64,000 nt of DNA from the human T2T-CHM13v2.0 reference genome, Homo sapiens, in assembly GCF_009914755.1 (NCBI RefSeq), contig NC_060926.1; one strand, 5' to 3'. The position numbers and the translations under genes are program-made. The notes beneath the pieces are model-generated. The model worked only from the letters and a program-made list of their open reading frames with translations, made no database searches and was not told the origin of the DNA. Within the stretch, counting starts at the first letter, position 1; the number at the start of each line of letters is the position of its first letter. This document shows, piece by piece, positions 38,200 to 53,499 of the stretch.

Positions 38200-38936
38200 A
38201 CTGAAGGCAGGTGCCTAGAGTTAGTAAAACTGCAAAGTTTAAGGGCACAGTCTCCTGTAAGACTTCCCTTGCTTTTGACACTAACTGCAATTTTGGGAGG
38301 TGCCGAAAACTACCCTCAGTTTGATAATTCACTAGGGGAACTCACAGAATTTACTGAAAGCTAAGATACTTATGGTTACAGTTTATTACAGAAAGTGATA
38401 TAGATTAAAATCAGCCAAGGAACTATTATGAATTCATAAAAGTTAAAATTTTAAAAACAACTAAGGGAAGAAATGCAGAAGGCAAAGTACAAGTGGGCTC
38501 CAAGCGTGGAGCTTCTGGTGTTCCTTTCTCATAGTATTAGGAGGCATTACTCTTTTGGCATCTGTATATGAAAATACACATGAAGTAGTGCCAACCAGAA
38601 GATCCCTTGAGTTCAGTGTGTAGAGTTTCTAATGGGGCTTCCTTATGTATATGTGATTGATTGATTGATTGATCATGTGATTGGAGTCATTCTCCAAGTT
38701 GGCTGATACTGGGTGACTCAGAGTTCCCACCCTAAATCATAATATTGGTCTTTTTGTCATGGCCAGCCCCTATCCTAAGACTATTGAGTAAGCTCCTTCC
38801 CCTTCCCCTAGGATCTGGAGTGGCAGCCTTCACCCTAAACAAAAACACTTCTATCAAAAAGGCATAAGTTACTTTCCAGAAGCCCAGGGTAAAGACCAGA
38901 CTTCTCTTTGGACAAGGTCAAATTTTTTATTATACA
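38200..38936 (-). mobile_element. MER21-family LTR
   Basis: ACCCTCAGTTTGATAATTCACTAGGGGAACTCACAGAATTTACTGAAAGCT...GATTAAAATCAGCCAAGG; terminal ...TATACA (TG start on -). Confidence 0.75.
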
Positions 38937-38987
38937 GGCCACACTTCAATTTTTGTCCAAGGCTCTCGTATAGAAAGACAACTATGT

Positions 38988-39545
<558 letters not shown>

Positions 39546-39833
39546 CTATGTAACTATGTTTCTCTGGGCATCCACATTTAGTATGGCATTTATATGACAG
39601 AAACAGCAAATCATTGCAAATACGCTTAATATTTGGAGGACCCAGTGTAGGGTAGGAAAAGAGTTAACAAACAACTGACTCATCTTATAAAGTCATTCCC
39701 TTGATGTATCACTATTTGTACCTTATGAGAAACTTCTGCAGAACTATTTAGCATAGAAATTAGCTGATACTTAGATAAATCCATGCCTTTTTTATGCCAG
39801 TCATTTTCTATCAGTATTACATCTGAAACAGGT

Positions 39834-42084
39834 TGTATTAGTCCATTCTCAAGCTGCTATGAAGAAATTCCCAAGACTGCGTAATTTATAAAGAAAAAAG
39901 TTTCAGTTGACTCCTGGTTCCACATGGCTTGGGAGGTCTCAGAAAACTTACAATCATGGCAGAAGGCACCTCTTCACAGGGTGGCAGGAGAGAAAATGAG
40001 TGTCGAGTGAAGGGGGAAGCCCTTTATAAAACCATCAGATCTTGTGAGAGAACTCACTCACTATCAGGAGAACAACATAGGGGAGACCACCTCCATGATT
40101 CAATTATCTCCACCTGGCCCTGTCCTTGACATGGGAATTATTACAATTCAAGGTGATATTTCAGTGGGGACACAGAGCCAAATCATATCATTCTGCCCCT
40201 GGTCCTTCCCAAATCTCATGTTCTCACATTTCATAACACAATCATGCCTTTCCCACAGTACCCCAGTGTCTTAGCTCATTTCAGGATTAACCTAAAAGTC
40301 CTAGTCCAAAATCTCATCTGAGATAAGGCAAGTCCCATCCACTTATGAGCCTGTAAAATCAAGAGCAAGTTAGTTACTTGGAAGATACAATGGGGGTACA
40401 GGCATTGGGTAAATACACCCATTCGAAATGGGCCAAAACAAAGAGGCTACAGGCCCCAAGCAAGTCCAAAATCCAATAAGGCAGTCCTTAAACTTTAAAG
40501 TTCCAAAATGATCTCCTTTGACTCCATGTCTCACATCCAGGTCATACTAATGCAAGAGGTGGGCTCCCACAGCCTTGGTCAGCTCCACCCCTGTGGCTGT
40601 ACAGGGTTCAATCCCCTTCCTGGCTGCTTTCATGGGCTGGTATTGAGTGTCTGTAGCTTTTCCAGGCACATGGTTCAAGCTGTCAGTGGATCTACCATTC
40701 TGGGGTGTGGAGGGTGGTGGCCCTCTTCTCACAGCTCCACTAGGTGGTGCCCCAGTAGGGACTCTGTGTGGGGGCTCCAGCCCCACCTTTCTTTTCTGCA
40801 CTGCCCTATTAGAGGTTCTCCATGAGGGCTCTGCCCCTGCAGCAATCTTCTGCCTGGGCATCCAGGCATTTCCATACATTCCCTGAAATATAGGTGGAGG
40901 TTCCCAAACCTCAATTATTGACTTCCGTGTACCTGAAGGCCCAGCATCATGTGTAAGCTGCCAAGGCTTGGTGCTCGCACCCTCTGAAGCAATGTCTCAA
41001 GCTGTACCTTGGCCCTTTTTAGCCATGGCTGTAGCTGAAGCAGCAGAGACTGAGGGCACCATGTCCCAAGGCTGCATAGAGCAGGGGTCCCTGGGCCTGG
41101 CCCACAAAACCATTTTCCCCTCCTAGGCCTTTGGGCCTGTGATGAGAGGGGTTTCTGTGAAGGTCTCTGTCACACACTGGAGACATTTTCCCCATTGTCT
41201 TGGTGAATAACATTTGGCTCCTCGTTACTTACACAAATTTCTGCAGCTGGCTTGAATTTCTCCCCAGAATTTGGGTTTTTCTTTTCTATCTCATCATGTC
41301 CGGCTGCAAATTTATCATACTTTTATGCTCTGCTTCCTCTTGAACACTTGGCCACTTAGAAGTTTGCTCCAACAGATACCCTAAATCATCCCTCTCAAGT
41401 TCAAAGTTCCAGAGATCTCCAGGGCAGGGGAAAAATGCCACCAGTCCCTTTGCTAAAGCACAGCAAGAGTCACCTTTATTCCAGTTCCCAACAAGTTCCT
41501 CATCTCCATTTGAGACCACCTCAGCCTGAACTTTATTGTCCATAACACTATTAACATTTTGGTGAAAGTCATTCAATAAGTTTCTAGGAAGTTCCAACTT
41601 TCCCACATCTTCCTGTCTTCTTCTGACCCCTCCAAACTGTTCTAACCTCTGCCTGTTACCCAGTTCCAAAGTTGCTTCCACACTTTTTGGATATGTTTAC
41701 AGCAGTGCCCCACTACCTGGTACAAATTTACTGCATTATTCATTTTCACACTGCTATGAAGAAATACCCGAGACTGGGTAATTTATAAAGAAAAGAGGTT
41801 TGATTTACTCACAGTTTCACATGGCTGGGGAGGCTTCAGGAAACTTACAATCAAGGCAGAAGGTACCTCTTCACAGGGCAGCAGGAGAGAGAATGAGTGC
41901 CAAGTGAAGGGGGAAGCCCCTTATAAAACCATCAGATCGTGTGAGAGCCCACTAACTTTCACAAAAACAGCATGGGGAAAATCACCCCTATGATTTAATT
42001 ATTTCCACTTTGTCCCACCCTTGACATTTGGCCATTATAATTCAAGTTGAGATTTCAGTGGGGAACCAAAACCAAATCATATCA
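39834..42084 (-). mobile_element. Complete THE1D-like MaLR provirus: LTR 39834-40190, internal 40191-41731, LTR 41732-42084
   Basis: Paired LTRs (GCTGCTATGAAGAAAT...ACCTCTTCACAGGG); THE1-int ORF remnants (VQAEVVSNGDEELVGNWNKGDSC). Confidence 0.93.
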
Positions 42085-42482
42085 GAAGTTGTGCCTTATC
42101 AACACATTTGACCATCAATATCAGTATTAGAACCATACCAACAATGCCAGTGTTACAATAGTATGTCACAGTATAGCAGCAGATGTCACCTAAAAATAAG
42201 AATCAAAACATGCTAACCCATTACTAGAATCCAATTAAGTTGTTAACAATTAGTCTAGGCCACCATCATATCATATGATGCAAATATCTCCCAGAGCAAT
42301 ACAACTCAGGTTTGCAGGTATCCACTCAATCTTGTCAGATTCCGACAGCAAGACTGATCTTAGCAAGACACAGCTTCACTCTTGTAAGCATCTAGTATAA
42401 TTAGCCTAAGAGGCAATATCATCTCTTGCTCTGAGCTTTTCTCAAGGCATAAATGTAATATTGGATTTCCTTCATTGCATAA

Positions 42483-42863
<381 letters not shown>

Positions 42864-43117
42864 TAATCCAAACTTTTCCTCCTCCATGGGATGGGGGTGG
42901 TATGGAGGAATAAAGTAAGACAAAGCCTTTATTTTGCTGGGAGGAGGGGCTATTTAAGGAGGGACTATAGAAAGTATAAAGAGGCAATGCATAAATGTCT
43001 TTACTCCTTACTTCCCACTACCAACCACCAGATAGACATGTGAAATGGAATGCATGATTTGGTAGAAGGTTCATAGAGTTTTGGGAAATATGAGAATATG
43101 GCTTCATGATATTAATA

Positions 43118-43158
43118 TTAGGTTGGTGCAAAAGGAGTTGAGACTTTTGGCATTACTA
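43118..43158. mobile_element. Half of a MADE1 (Hsmar1 mariner ITR-derived MITE)
   Basis: TA|TTAGGTTGGTGCAAAAGGAGTTGAGACTTTTGGCATTACT versus MADE1 TTAGGTTGGTGCAAAAGTAATTGCGGTTTTTGCCATTACT. Confidence 0.75.
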
Positions 43159-43309
43159 CGTTATCTAAGATGCCATTGGCTCCACAGAAAGACCAAAGCC
43201 ACACCAACATGGTGTGCATGGGGAGAAAGCACAGCCATAACAGCTGAAGGAACTACCAAAGGGGAGCTCACAGAGGACCCTAAAAGTGTACAGAAGGTAT
43301 TGGCTTTCC

Positions 43310-43860
43310 AAATTATTGTGTTTATCTTCATATGAAGTTGAGCATTTTTTGCTATGTTTATTGGCTAACTGGCCGTTCTCTTCTGTGAATTTCCTATTTA
43401 TAACCTATATCCATTTTGAATTGGGATGTTCATCTTCCTTTTATTAATTTGTAAGGATTTTTATGTATTCTACATGCCAATTTCATATATAGTGCAATTA
43501 TCTTCCCCAACTGGTTTTATATTTATAAGCTATGGGTGTGATATATTTTGTTATACAAAGTTTTAATTTTGATGTGTCAATTTTATAATTCATTTTCCAT
43601 ATGATTTATTCTTTGTGTGTGTTGTAGAAATTCATCTATATCTAGAATTGATTAAAATATTTGTTCATGTTTTCTAAAAAACTGTAAAGTTGTTTTTGCA
43701 TTTAGATACTTAAGCCATCTGCAGTTTATTCTTTTTCTTCATGGAGTAAAATTAGGATCTAATTTTACCTATCCCATATGGAAAGCCAGTCGTCCCATTA
43801 CCACTTATCTAAAAATTGATCGTTTACCCACTGATGTATCGTTCCTAATATATCATATGA
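43310..43860 (-). mobile_element. Old L1M ORF2 fragment
   Basis: Degenerate antisense L1 (GTTGAGCATTTTT...TTCTGTGAATTTCCTATT...AAAGTTTTAATTTTGATG). Confidence 0.6.
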
Positions 43861-44175
43861 ATGCTTTTTCTATATTAAAAGCATTATATGATTAATTCTG
43901 TTATCTGTCAGTATTGAATAATATTATATAGCTTTACTAATATTTAATAATCTTTGCTTTCCTGATATAAATGTTAGTTATCATATATAAATATACAGGC
44001 TTACTTGTTTAATCGCTAAATTCATTTGCGTACTAATTAGAATTTTGGATCTGTATTCATGAGAAGAATTAATCTATTGTTTCCTTTTTGTATTATCCAG
44101 AATATAGAAAACATTATTCTGTTTCTTACAGAAAATATTATTCCAGCATCCTAAAGATTTACCCAAAGTTTAAAT

Positions 44176-47100
44176 GTTAAAATGACCATGCTATCCAAAG
44201 TAATCTACAGAGTCAGTGCAATCTCTATCAAAATACCAATTACATTCACAGAAATAGAGGGGGAAATCTGGACAGGAATCACAGAAAACAGAGGCGAGCA
44301 AAGACACAAAGTAACCTGCAGAGCTAGGACCAGCAGGGAGCCAGGAGAAAATCCCTTACTTGGGGAAGGGGCCAGTGAGTGACAGAATTCTGGGGTTTCA
44401 CACCCTGCCACTGACCTTTACAATCTTAATAACGGGAGAACCCCCTCATCACCCCCAGGCCTCCAGATTAAGACGGAGCTGCTTAGAGACTGTGCAGAGA
44501 CTGCTCGAACCCACGTGCAGTTCCACAGGCATTTGATTCCAGAGCAGCCCAGTGACAGATGCCACATCCCCACTAGGTAGGGAGTGAAGAGACCAGGCAC
44601 TTTCACACACCCAATCACAGATATTCCAGCTGTGGTATGGAGGAGTGGACTGATTAGTCAACCTCTACTGCCCCTCACTAAACAGGACCTGCCCACCTTG
44701 GTATCAGGTCCCCAGCACAGCTGCCCAGCCCCTGCATGAGCACTACAGCCACACCCCAGTGTTCTCCTGAGAGTCCAAACCTCTGAGGCCACCAATAAGT
44801 CCTTCCACCCCTGCAGCAGCCACTGCCACCACTACCACTGTTTCCTTCCCTGCTGTCCTGGGCCAGGGAGGAAGCCAGGAGGCCAGGCACTTTCATGCAC
44901 CCCAAAGACAGATACCACAGCCATGGTATGGAGGAGTAGGCAGACTGTGCACAGCTTGACTCCTCGCCTCTACTGCCCCCCATTAAAGGAGGCTTGCCTG
45001 CTTCAGTGACAGGCCCCAATTACAGCCCTACCCCCATGTGAGCACTATGGCTGGCCAGACATTCTTCTGAGAGCTGGCCCCCTGAGGGCCACGAAGCCCT
45101 TCATCTCCCACAGTAGTTGCAGCCACAACTGCCTCTGCCCCTGCTGTCCTCAGGTTGGGTGGGGGGAGCGGGAAGGCCAGGCTACCCCCAATAACAAAAC
45201 CCACCACTGCTTCTGTGAGAGAGAAGTGCAAGTGGGCCATGTGCTCCAGAGTTGCCAGCCTCCATTGCCCTAGCTAATGTGGACTGCCCTCTCCAATGAA
45301 AGACCCACAGCACAGCCACCCTGCCCCTGCCTGATCATTCCAGCTGTGGCCTGGAGTTCTTCTGAAAGCCCCATCCACAGGCCTGTGATCTGCCCGTAGG
45401 CTCCCACTGCCTGAGTGTTCCGCCAACCACTTGAGCATTCTGCCTACTCCTGCCTCAGAGTTCTGTCGGTGATCTGGGGACCAGCCCATTTCTTCCTATC
45501 ACAGTCAACATCAGAATTCTGGGGCCCCAAGAACAAGTCAGCTGGTCTGGACCTGGTCCAGGTCCAGCCCTTTTAACACTCATACACTCCATCCAGTGGG
45601 CCATCTAGGGACCTGGGGATTGAGAGATTACCTAGCATGGTCCACCAATGCTGGCACCTCACTACTCCTTCCAAGGATTAAGGTTGGGTTGACCCAACCA
45701 GCCAACACCTACCAGCACATGCTGAAAAGAAGAACCCATCCCCCTCTCTACCAGAAGCAGCAGCATTACTACATGAAAGAACAGGTGAGCTACAGCACTG
45801 TCTGTATTGGGCTGAGTGATTAGGTTCTGCCCCCAAACCACGCCTGCACAGCCACAGGACAGGCATATTCCAAGGCTCTCAGCTACACTGTGGTCTGAAG
45901 ATTGACAAGAGTGTGCATCTGAACCCAGAGTCATGAGTCCCAGAGCAAGGGCAAGAAAGGGAAATAAATGATGTTCCTGCCTATCTGGGCTGTGAATGTA
46001 GTGTAGCCCTCTCACCCGCTGGAGAGACCTTGACATATTTCACCAGGTATGTCCCCAGCTGCCCAGTCAGGGCTGGTGCCAGTACTCATCACTGGGGTAT
46101 TCATGGGCAAGCCATGTGATCCAGGTCTGCCCAGCTGTGTCCTTACCCTACCCTAACCAAACGCTTGCTGAACAGGAAGCTCAGGACACCAGGCATTCCA
46201 CTGTCCAGCCCATCACCTGAAACAACAGGCAGCACCTCACAATGAACAGAGGTCAAGTACATACCCATCTGCTTTTGCTGGTCAGATCTTACCCATAAGT
46301 GCCGCCTACTAGTCTAGAGGTTGAACTACACAACCCAATATAACCTGCCAACAGAAGTGCACAGGGCTACAGAAACAAAGCCAAATAACTCTACCCAGCA
46401 CACGCTACAGTCACATCCTCAAGGCGTGCAGGGATAAAATAAAAATAGAAAAAAAAAATCAAACAAAAGTAAATTGAAAAAAAGGAAGTGTCAGCTTCTC
46501 CAGATGAATAGAAACCAGCATAAGAATTACGGCACCATGAAAAATCTGAAGGTTACGATACCTTCAAAGGATCACACTAGCTCTATAGCAATGGACCCTA
46601 ACAAAAATGAAAATTTGGAAATGACAGATAAAGAATTCAAAGTATGGATTGCAAGGAAGCTCAATGAGATCCCAGAGAAGATTAGAAACTAACACAAACA
46701 AAGCACAAACACAATCCAGGAGATGAAGGAAAAGAGGGGTATCTTAAAAAACAAAACAGAACTTCTGGAAATGAAAAATTCACTTGAAGAACTTCAAAAT
46801 ACAGCTGAAAGCTTTAACAATAGATTACACGAAGCAGAATAAAGAATTTTAGAGTTTGAAGACCAGTCTTCCAGATTAACCTACTCAGACAAAAATAAAT
46901 AAAAAAGGTTTTTTTATAATAAACAAAGCTTTTGAGAAATATGGAATCATGTAAAGCAACCAAACCTACAACTTTCAGGCATTCCTGAGAGAGAAGAAGA
47001 AAAGAAAAGACATTTTGGAAAACATGTTTGAGAGAATAATGCAGGACATTTTCCCTTATTTTGTTAGAGATATAGTCATCTAGATACAAGAAAATCAAAG

Positions 47101-49260
47101 AACACCTGGAAGATACTATACACGATGAACACAACCAAGGCACATAGTCATCAAACTCAAGGTCAACACGAAAGAATGAATCTTAAAAGCAGCTAGAGAG
47201 AAGCATTAGATCACCTCCAAAAGGAATCCCATCAGACTAACAGTGGACTTCTCAACAGAAACCCTATTAGTCAGAAAAGGTTAGGGGCCTATTTTTTTAA
47301 AAAATTGCCTTAAAAAAAACTGCCAGGCAAGAATGTTACATCCTGCCAAACTAACTTGCATAAATGAAGGAGAAATAAAGTCTTTCTCATACAAGCAAAC
47401 ACTAAAGGAATTCATCACCACTAGACTGATCCCACAAGGAATACTCAAAGGAGTTCTAAATATGCAAACAAAATGATGATACTCAACATCATAAAAGGGC
47501 ACATGAATACAAGGCCCACAGATCCTATAAAGCAGTTACACAATTACAACCCCAAGTTAACACACAACACTATGACAGGAACCAAACCTCACATATCAAT
47601 AACCTTGAAGATAAATGGCCTAAATGTGCCACTAAAACGATATAACGTGGCAAACTGGATTTTAAGAAAACAAGACCCAACCACCTACTGCCTACAAGAG
47701 ATCTACCTATTGGCTAAAGACACTACAGACTCAAAGTAAAGGGGTGAAAAAAGATATATCATCAATGAAACATAATAGAGAACCCAAATATAAAGCCACA
47801 TGCCTACAACCAATTGATCATTGACAAAGTCAACAAAAATAAACAATGGTGAAAAAACACCATATTTGATAAATGGTGCTGGGAAAATTGACTAGCCATA
47901 TGTAGAAGAATGAAACTGGACTCCTATCTGTCTCCATATACAAAAATTAACTCAAGATGGATTAAAGACTTAAACATGAGACCTGAAGTATAAAAATCCT
48001 AAAAGAAAACCTAGGAATGACTCTTCTGGGAATTGACCTAGACAAAGAGCTTATGACAAAGATAGACAAATGGGACATAATTAAACTAAAAATCTGCAAG
48101 GCAAAAGAAATAATTAAGAGTAAACTCATAGCCTACAGAATGAGATAAAATATTTGCAAACTATTCATCTGACAAGGGACTAATATACAGAATACACATG
48201 GACGTAAACCACTGAACAGTAAAAACAAAAAAAGGAGAAGAGAAAAAAAAAAGAAAAAAACAAGCAACAACAACAACAAAAAAAAATTCCATCAAAAAGT
48301 GGGCAAAGGATCTGAGTAGACATTTCTCAAAAGAAGACATACAAATGTTCAATAGGTATATAAAGAAATGTTCAACATTACTAATCTTTAGGGAAATGCA
48401 AATCAAAACCATGATGAGATATCCTCTTACCCCAGTTAGAACGGCTACTATGAAAATAAATAAATAAATAACAAATTCCAGCAAGAATGCAGAGAAAAGT
48501 GACTTCTTATTTAATATCAGTGGGAATATAAATTAGTACAGCCATTAGAGAAAACAGTATAGAGGTTTCTTAAAAATCTAAAAATAGAACTATCATATAA
48601 TCTAGTAATCCCTCTATTGGGTATTGATCCAAAAGAAAGAACATCAGTGTATCGAAGAGATACATGCACCCACGCTTATTGCAGCACTAATCACAGTAGC
48701 CAAGATATGAAATCAACCTAAGTGTCTGTCAAATGATGAACAGATAATGAAAATGTGGTATATATACACAATGGGATACTATTCAGTCATTTAAAAAAAA
48801 AGAAATTCTGTCATTTGCAGCAACATAGATGGAACTGGAGGTCAATGTAAGTGAAGTATGTCAGGCACAGAAAGACAAATGTCACCTCTTCTCCCTCATG
48901 TGGGAGCTGAAAAAGTTAATCTCATGAAGGTAGTGCATAGAATGCTAGTTACCAATGGCTGAGAAGGGTGCAGGAAGGGATAAAGAGAGGTTGGTTTATG
49001 GGTACAAGTATACAAATAGATAAAAGGAGTAAGTCCTAGTGCTTGACAGCACAATTAGGTGACAATAGTTAATAAGAATTAATTGTATATTTCCAAGTAG
49101 CTGGAAGAAAATATTTGAAATGTTCCAAACACAAAGAAATAATGTTTGAGGTTATAGATATCCTAAACACTCTGATTTTATCATTACACATTTTATGCAT
49201 GTATCCAAATACAATATGTACCCCATAAATATGTATAATTATTATGTACCAATAAAAAAA
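44176..49260 (+). mobile_element. Rearranged L1MA-type element: short ORF2 piece 44176-44258, GC-rich 5'UTR ~44259-46450, ORF1 ~46470-47470, ORF2 start ~47572-47760, late ORF2 and 3'UTR 47761-49260
   Basis: ORF1 peptide EMTDKEFKVWIARKLNEI; ORF2 start MTGTKPHISITLKINGLNVPLKR; L1MA4-like tail ...TGTACCCCATAAATATGTATAATTATTATGTACCAATAAAAAA. Confidence 0.88.
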
Positions 49261-52200
49261 GAAAAAGTAAATTAATTTAAAAAGAAACCTTTTATGCTTT
49301 AATGTATTTAAGAATTAAATGCTTAAGAGAATGCCTCTTTATCTTATATCCATTCCATTAAGTATATTTCATTTTCCGATCTAAGTAATGGCTAATGACA
49401 AATTAAACAGAGACATTGACAGTGTCATTAATGTGGCAGAATATAAAATGCTATATTGCTATCTTCACATTATTTAATATAATTAAATGACACCATTTAA
49501 AAATGTTATGTTTTTGTACTCATAGTAACCAGTTTATGGTATTATGTTTTCTCTATTCATAATAAACCCAAATATGTTTTAAGCAAATTATATTAAACAT
49601 GATTCTCAATGCCTCCAAATGCTTTATCTGTATTATAAACTTATTGTAACTGTATATATTGAAAAAAATCCAGTATGCACGTTTCCTAGATTGATAAAAT
49701 AAGTCATAGAGGGCAGGGACTTGACCATAGAATTTCTAAGAAATTCAAAATTGTCTAAATCTTTGTACATATTTTTTCACCTATGGAGACAAAAAGAAGA
49801 GCATTTCTTTTATCACTAGAGAAAATTCTTGATGTTTGACTTATAAAAGTGACGACAATAGAAATGTTTTAAGAGAAGAAATCATTAGCACCTCTGAAAT
49901 ATATGGCATGATATTATTTTTTTCCAGTGGTAAATATGTTTCTTAACAAAAAACAATAAACAGAGGAGTGAAGTATGCAAAGGAGTGCAGCTTATAGAAT
50001 ATGAAGTGTAGATATGGAGGTATAAAGTATGGAGACATTGTTCAATAACTAAATACCAGCCCTGACTCACTGTGATTATATTACTTCAGCAAGTCATTTA
50101 ATCTAAATGTCATTATTCAAGGTCTCTTAGGAGACAGTTAGTAAGCACTGCTCTAGATAATTCCTTCTGTCTCATTTTTATCACTCTATTAAAGTTTATC
50201 ATGTCTACTTAGGGAAAGTGGATCTTGGAAAAGACCTTTAAGCTTTATCCAGTCCAAAGTGATATACAAGAAGGATGCATCTAAATGATAACAGAAAGCT
50301 GTGCTTTTTCTCCAAGTCTTATTTTATAAGACTTTACAGTATTCTATCACACTCCATTTGCCTGAAAGATCAAAGGCCAGTAGAAAAAAAAAGGCCATTG
50401 ATCCAGTTTTATCTAAAGTGTGGCATTTCATCACCTAAAGGAGTGATACAATTAATTTTTCTGTATGTTTTACGCAATTTTGGCAATCCTAGAAAATGCT
50501 TTAGGTCTGAAAGAAGCTTGAATTATTATTATATTCAAGCACTTCATTAGAAAGGCAGCTTTGATTGTTATGGCGTTGAACAGGGCACTCTTAAAAGATG
50601 CACCTTGTACCTTCTTCTGAATTAATTATTGGACATTCCTATTAACCCTGCACTATTAGTATCTTCAAGTAGTTTTAGATCACCAATACTACTTAATGGG
50701 TCTGTTTTTAAGAAGGCAGATATGGGTAAACCACAAGGAAATAAACACATGAAGTTGTTTATATGTTATTTGCCAATCATTTTGAAGCTTTTGAATGGAA
50801 CCAGAGGGAATAGTAATATTAGATCCTTTGAAATGTATTTTCTAACAAAATGATCAACAATATAAGTTGTAATTAAATCTAAGTGATACACTTCATATGG
50901 CCAAAGCATAAAACAAGTCAATATCTATAGTGTGACTAAATTCATTCAACCCAACTTATTGGGCTATCCAAGATATAAAGACCATGAACATGGCAATTTG
51001 ACCAAAGACACTATGCTCAATCATTGAATAAATATCAATTCACCACCAGAGAATACAAAGACATATAATGTCTGCTTGAATAGGACTGAAGCTTCAAATT
51101 TAATTGCAGGTATAAAGCCTATCCACTTAAATAGAAAACTCAAAATAAAATGTGATATAAAATTGTCAGAGAAGCACTAGAGATGAAAGGTATTGTAGAA
51201 GTTCAGGGACATGTCATAATGAACTGTTATTTTTAAGAAATATTTTTCTGATGATAAGTGGAAAACAAAGTAGGCTTCATATGAATATAACATAGTTTAA
51301 GAAAAAAATGAATAAAGGATTAAAGTGGTGCAAAAAAAAACAATGTGAGGTGAAATGAATGGCATACACTTTTCAGAAATTGAACAGGTTGAGGATATCC
51401 AACCAGGAGGGCCCAAAAACCAAGCTTATGTAAGGAAGTGAGATACAGGCAATATTCCTTCTCTTGATATCCTCCACTATACATAGTTAAGGGTTATTAT
51501 TTGATGGGTCACTCGTTCTCAGTAACAGGTGTCTGTCTGTCAGTTGCGTTTACCCCCATAAGAACAACCTTGGAATGAGTGACAACTAAAACTACTAGAC
51601 CAAGACTTGGAACACAAATCTGCCAATGATCCTGATTATTCTGCTGCTTTAATCTGGTTGCAGTAACTCAATGCAAAAAAACACAAAGAAACTCCCATTC
51701 CTATGTCTGAGAAACATAGTGATAGTTTCTTCTGTAGTTCACATCTGTGGATTAAAAAAGGTTTACCTGATGCATTAAAGAATAAGTATTCAATCCAAAG
51801 TTTCATTTTCTCTGTGGATGTCAGCAAATAGTATTGATCAGTAAACAAAGAAGGAGAAAGTGACATAGAAATAATCTCCAAACAGCCTATAGATAATTTA
51901 TGCAGACATTAAGGTTATTCATAGAGACTCCAGATATAAATCAAGAAATAGAAGCAAACGAAGTCAGTTTTTGAAATAGACTATAAGAGAATATTTATGC
52001 CAAAGCGATGAATTGTCATGATATTCTTATAGACTACCAGTGCTCTCAGACAAAGTATGAACCTGGGCCTGGACAAAATAGAACAGAGAGGTCTTATGGG
52101 AGAATATCAGAAAATTAAGTTGAAGAGATAAGCTGTAGCTATATTTCAGAAGACCACTAGTAAATTCTTCTGCGTCAGAATGCTATGTGCATCTAGTCTA

Positions 52201-53499
52201 TCAGAGACCTTTCATATCCTTCTATTTACCCATCCCCTATAGAATACGTTTAATGTAATCCACTTCAATTTGATGAGAACACACACCACATGGAGAAACC
52301 ATGATATATATGATGAGAAATGTATTTAAGTCCAAAAAATGATCATGTACTTTATTAATGATGTGCCCTATGAAACAATATTAAAAATTGAGATTATGCA
52401 TCAATTACAATAAAGAAAAAAATATAGTTTAAGGTTTAAAACCTGAAAAATATTACTGCTGGCTCAAGCAAATGAAACAAGAACTATATGGCTAAAATAT
52501 AAAAAATAGAAGGTGATGTACAGCAGCATTATGTACTAAAATTCAAGAGGAAATATTCCTCTTTTTTATAATATGTATATCCTTATATCTATAGAGATAT
52601 ATACATATATAGATAGTTATGTGTAAATATACTTTTTAAATTAATGTGCAGAGAGAATATTATTGAATCAGGAAGAAAATTTAGTAGAACCTAAGAGTGC
52701 AAAAATAATTCCAGAGTTACATTCTATCAACTTCCTCTGGGTATTATGAATCACCAGGAAACATTTCTATCACTATGAGACACATTGCTGGTAACCTCAA
52801 CCTGGCTTTATTTCATACACCTCCTTGAGATTTCTGATCTTTCTGATCTTTTCTGGAAGAAAAATGTTTTAGTATAACCTGAAAATAGAACAAGGTAGCA
52901 GAGAGCCTAACATGAATGCCACATATGTAGGATAAACACGTGTATGAAAACTTAATTTGGAGTTAATAAAATTGTAAAAGGAGTATGTTTGGGGATTTGT
53001 TTTTAATTTGAGGGAAGTGTTAGTTAATAAGGATGCCATTAGAAGTCCAAAATGTTAACTTAATGAAACCCTCCAGTTACATTCTGTTAGATTTTCCCAT
53101 TAACAATATTGACTTTTAGCAGTAGTTCTCATTAGACATTAAAAGAATATTAAAGAAATTGAAATAAAGGACACTTTAAATCAGTAAAATTAGGGTATAT
53201 AAAGAATAGCCAAAATCAAGAGTAAACATTTACAAGAAGAGTTACAGTAAACTTCCCAGAAGATCAGAAATATCTGAAAGACCAAATATAAAAAATGTAC
53301 TCAAAGTCTGTATCACAATGTCAACCCATGGTGGGTATGCTTCAATTAGCCTAACAAATTATTTAGATTTGCATTTTTAATGTGAGTATTTTCACCTCAA
53401 ATCTATTGAAAGTGCCAGATTACTATTTAGATTAGGTATGAGTGGAAACCATATATAAAACCTGTAAGCTATCACCGAAGGATCTAGGTCTTTGGTCTT

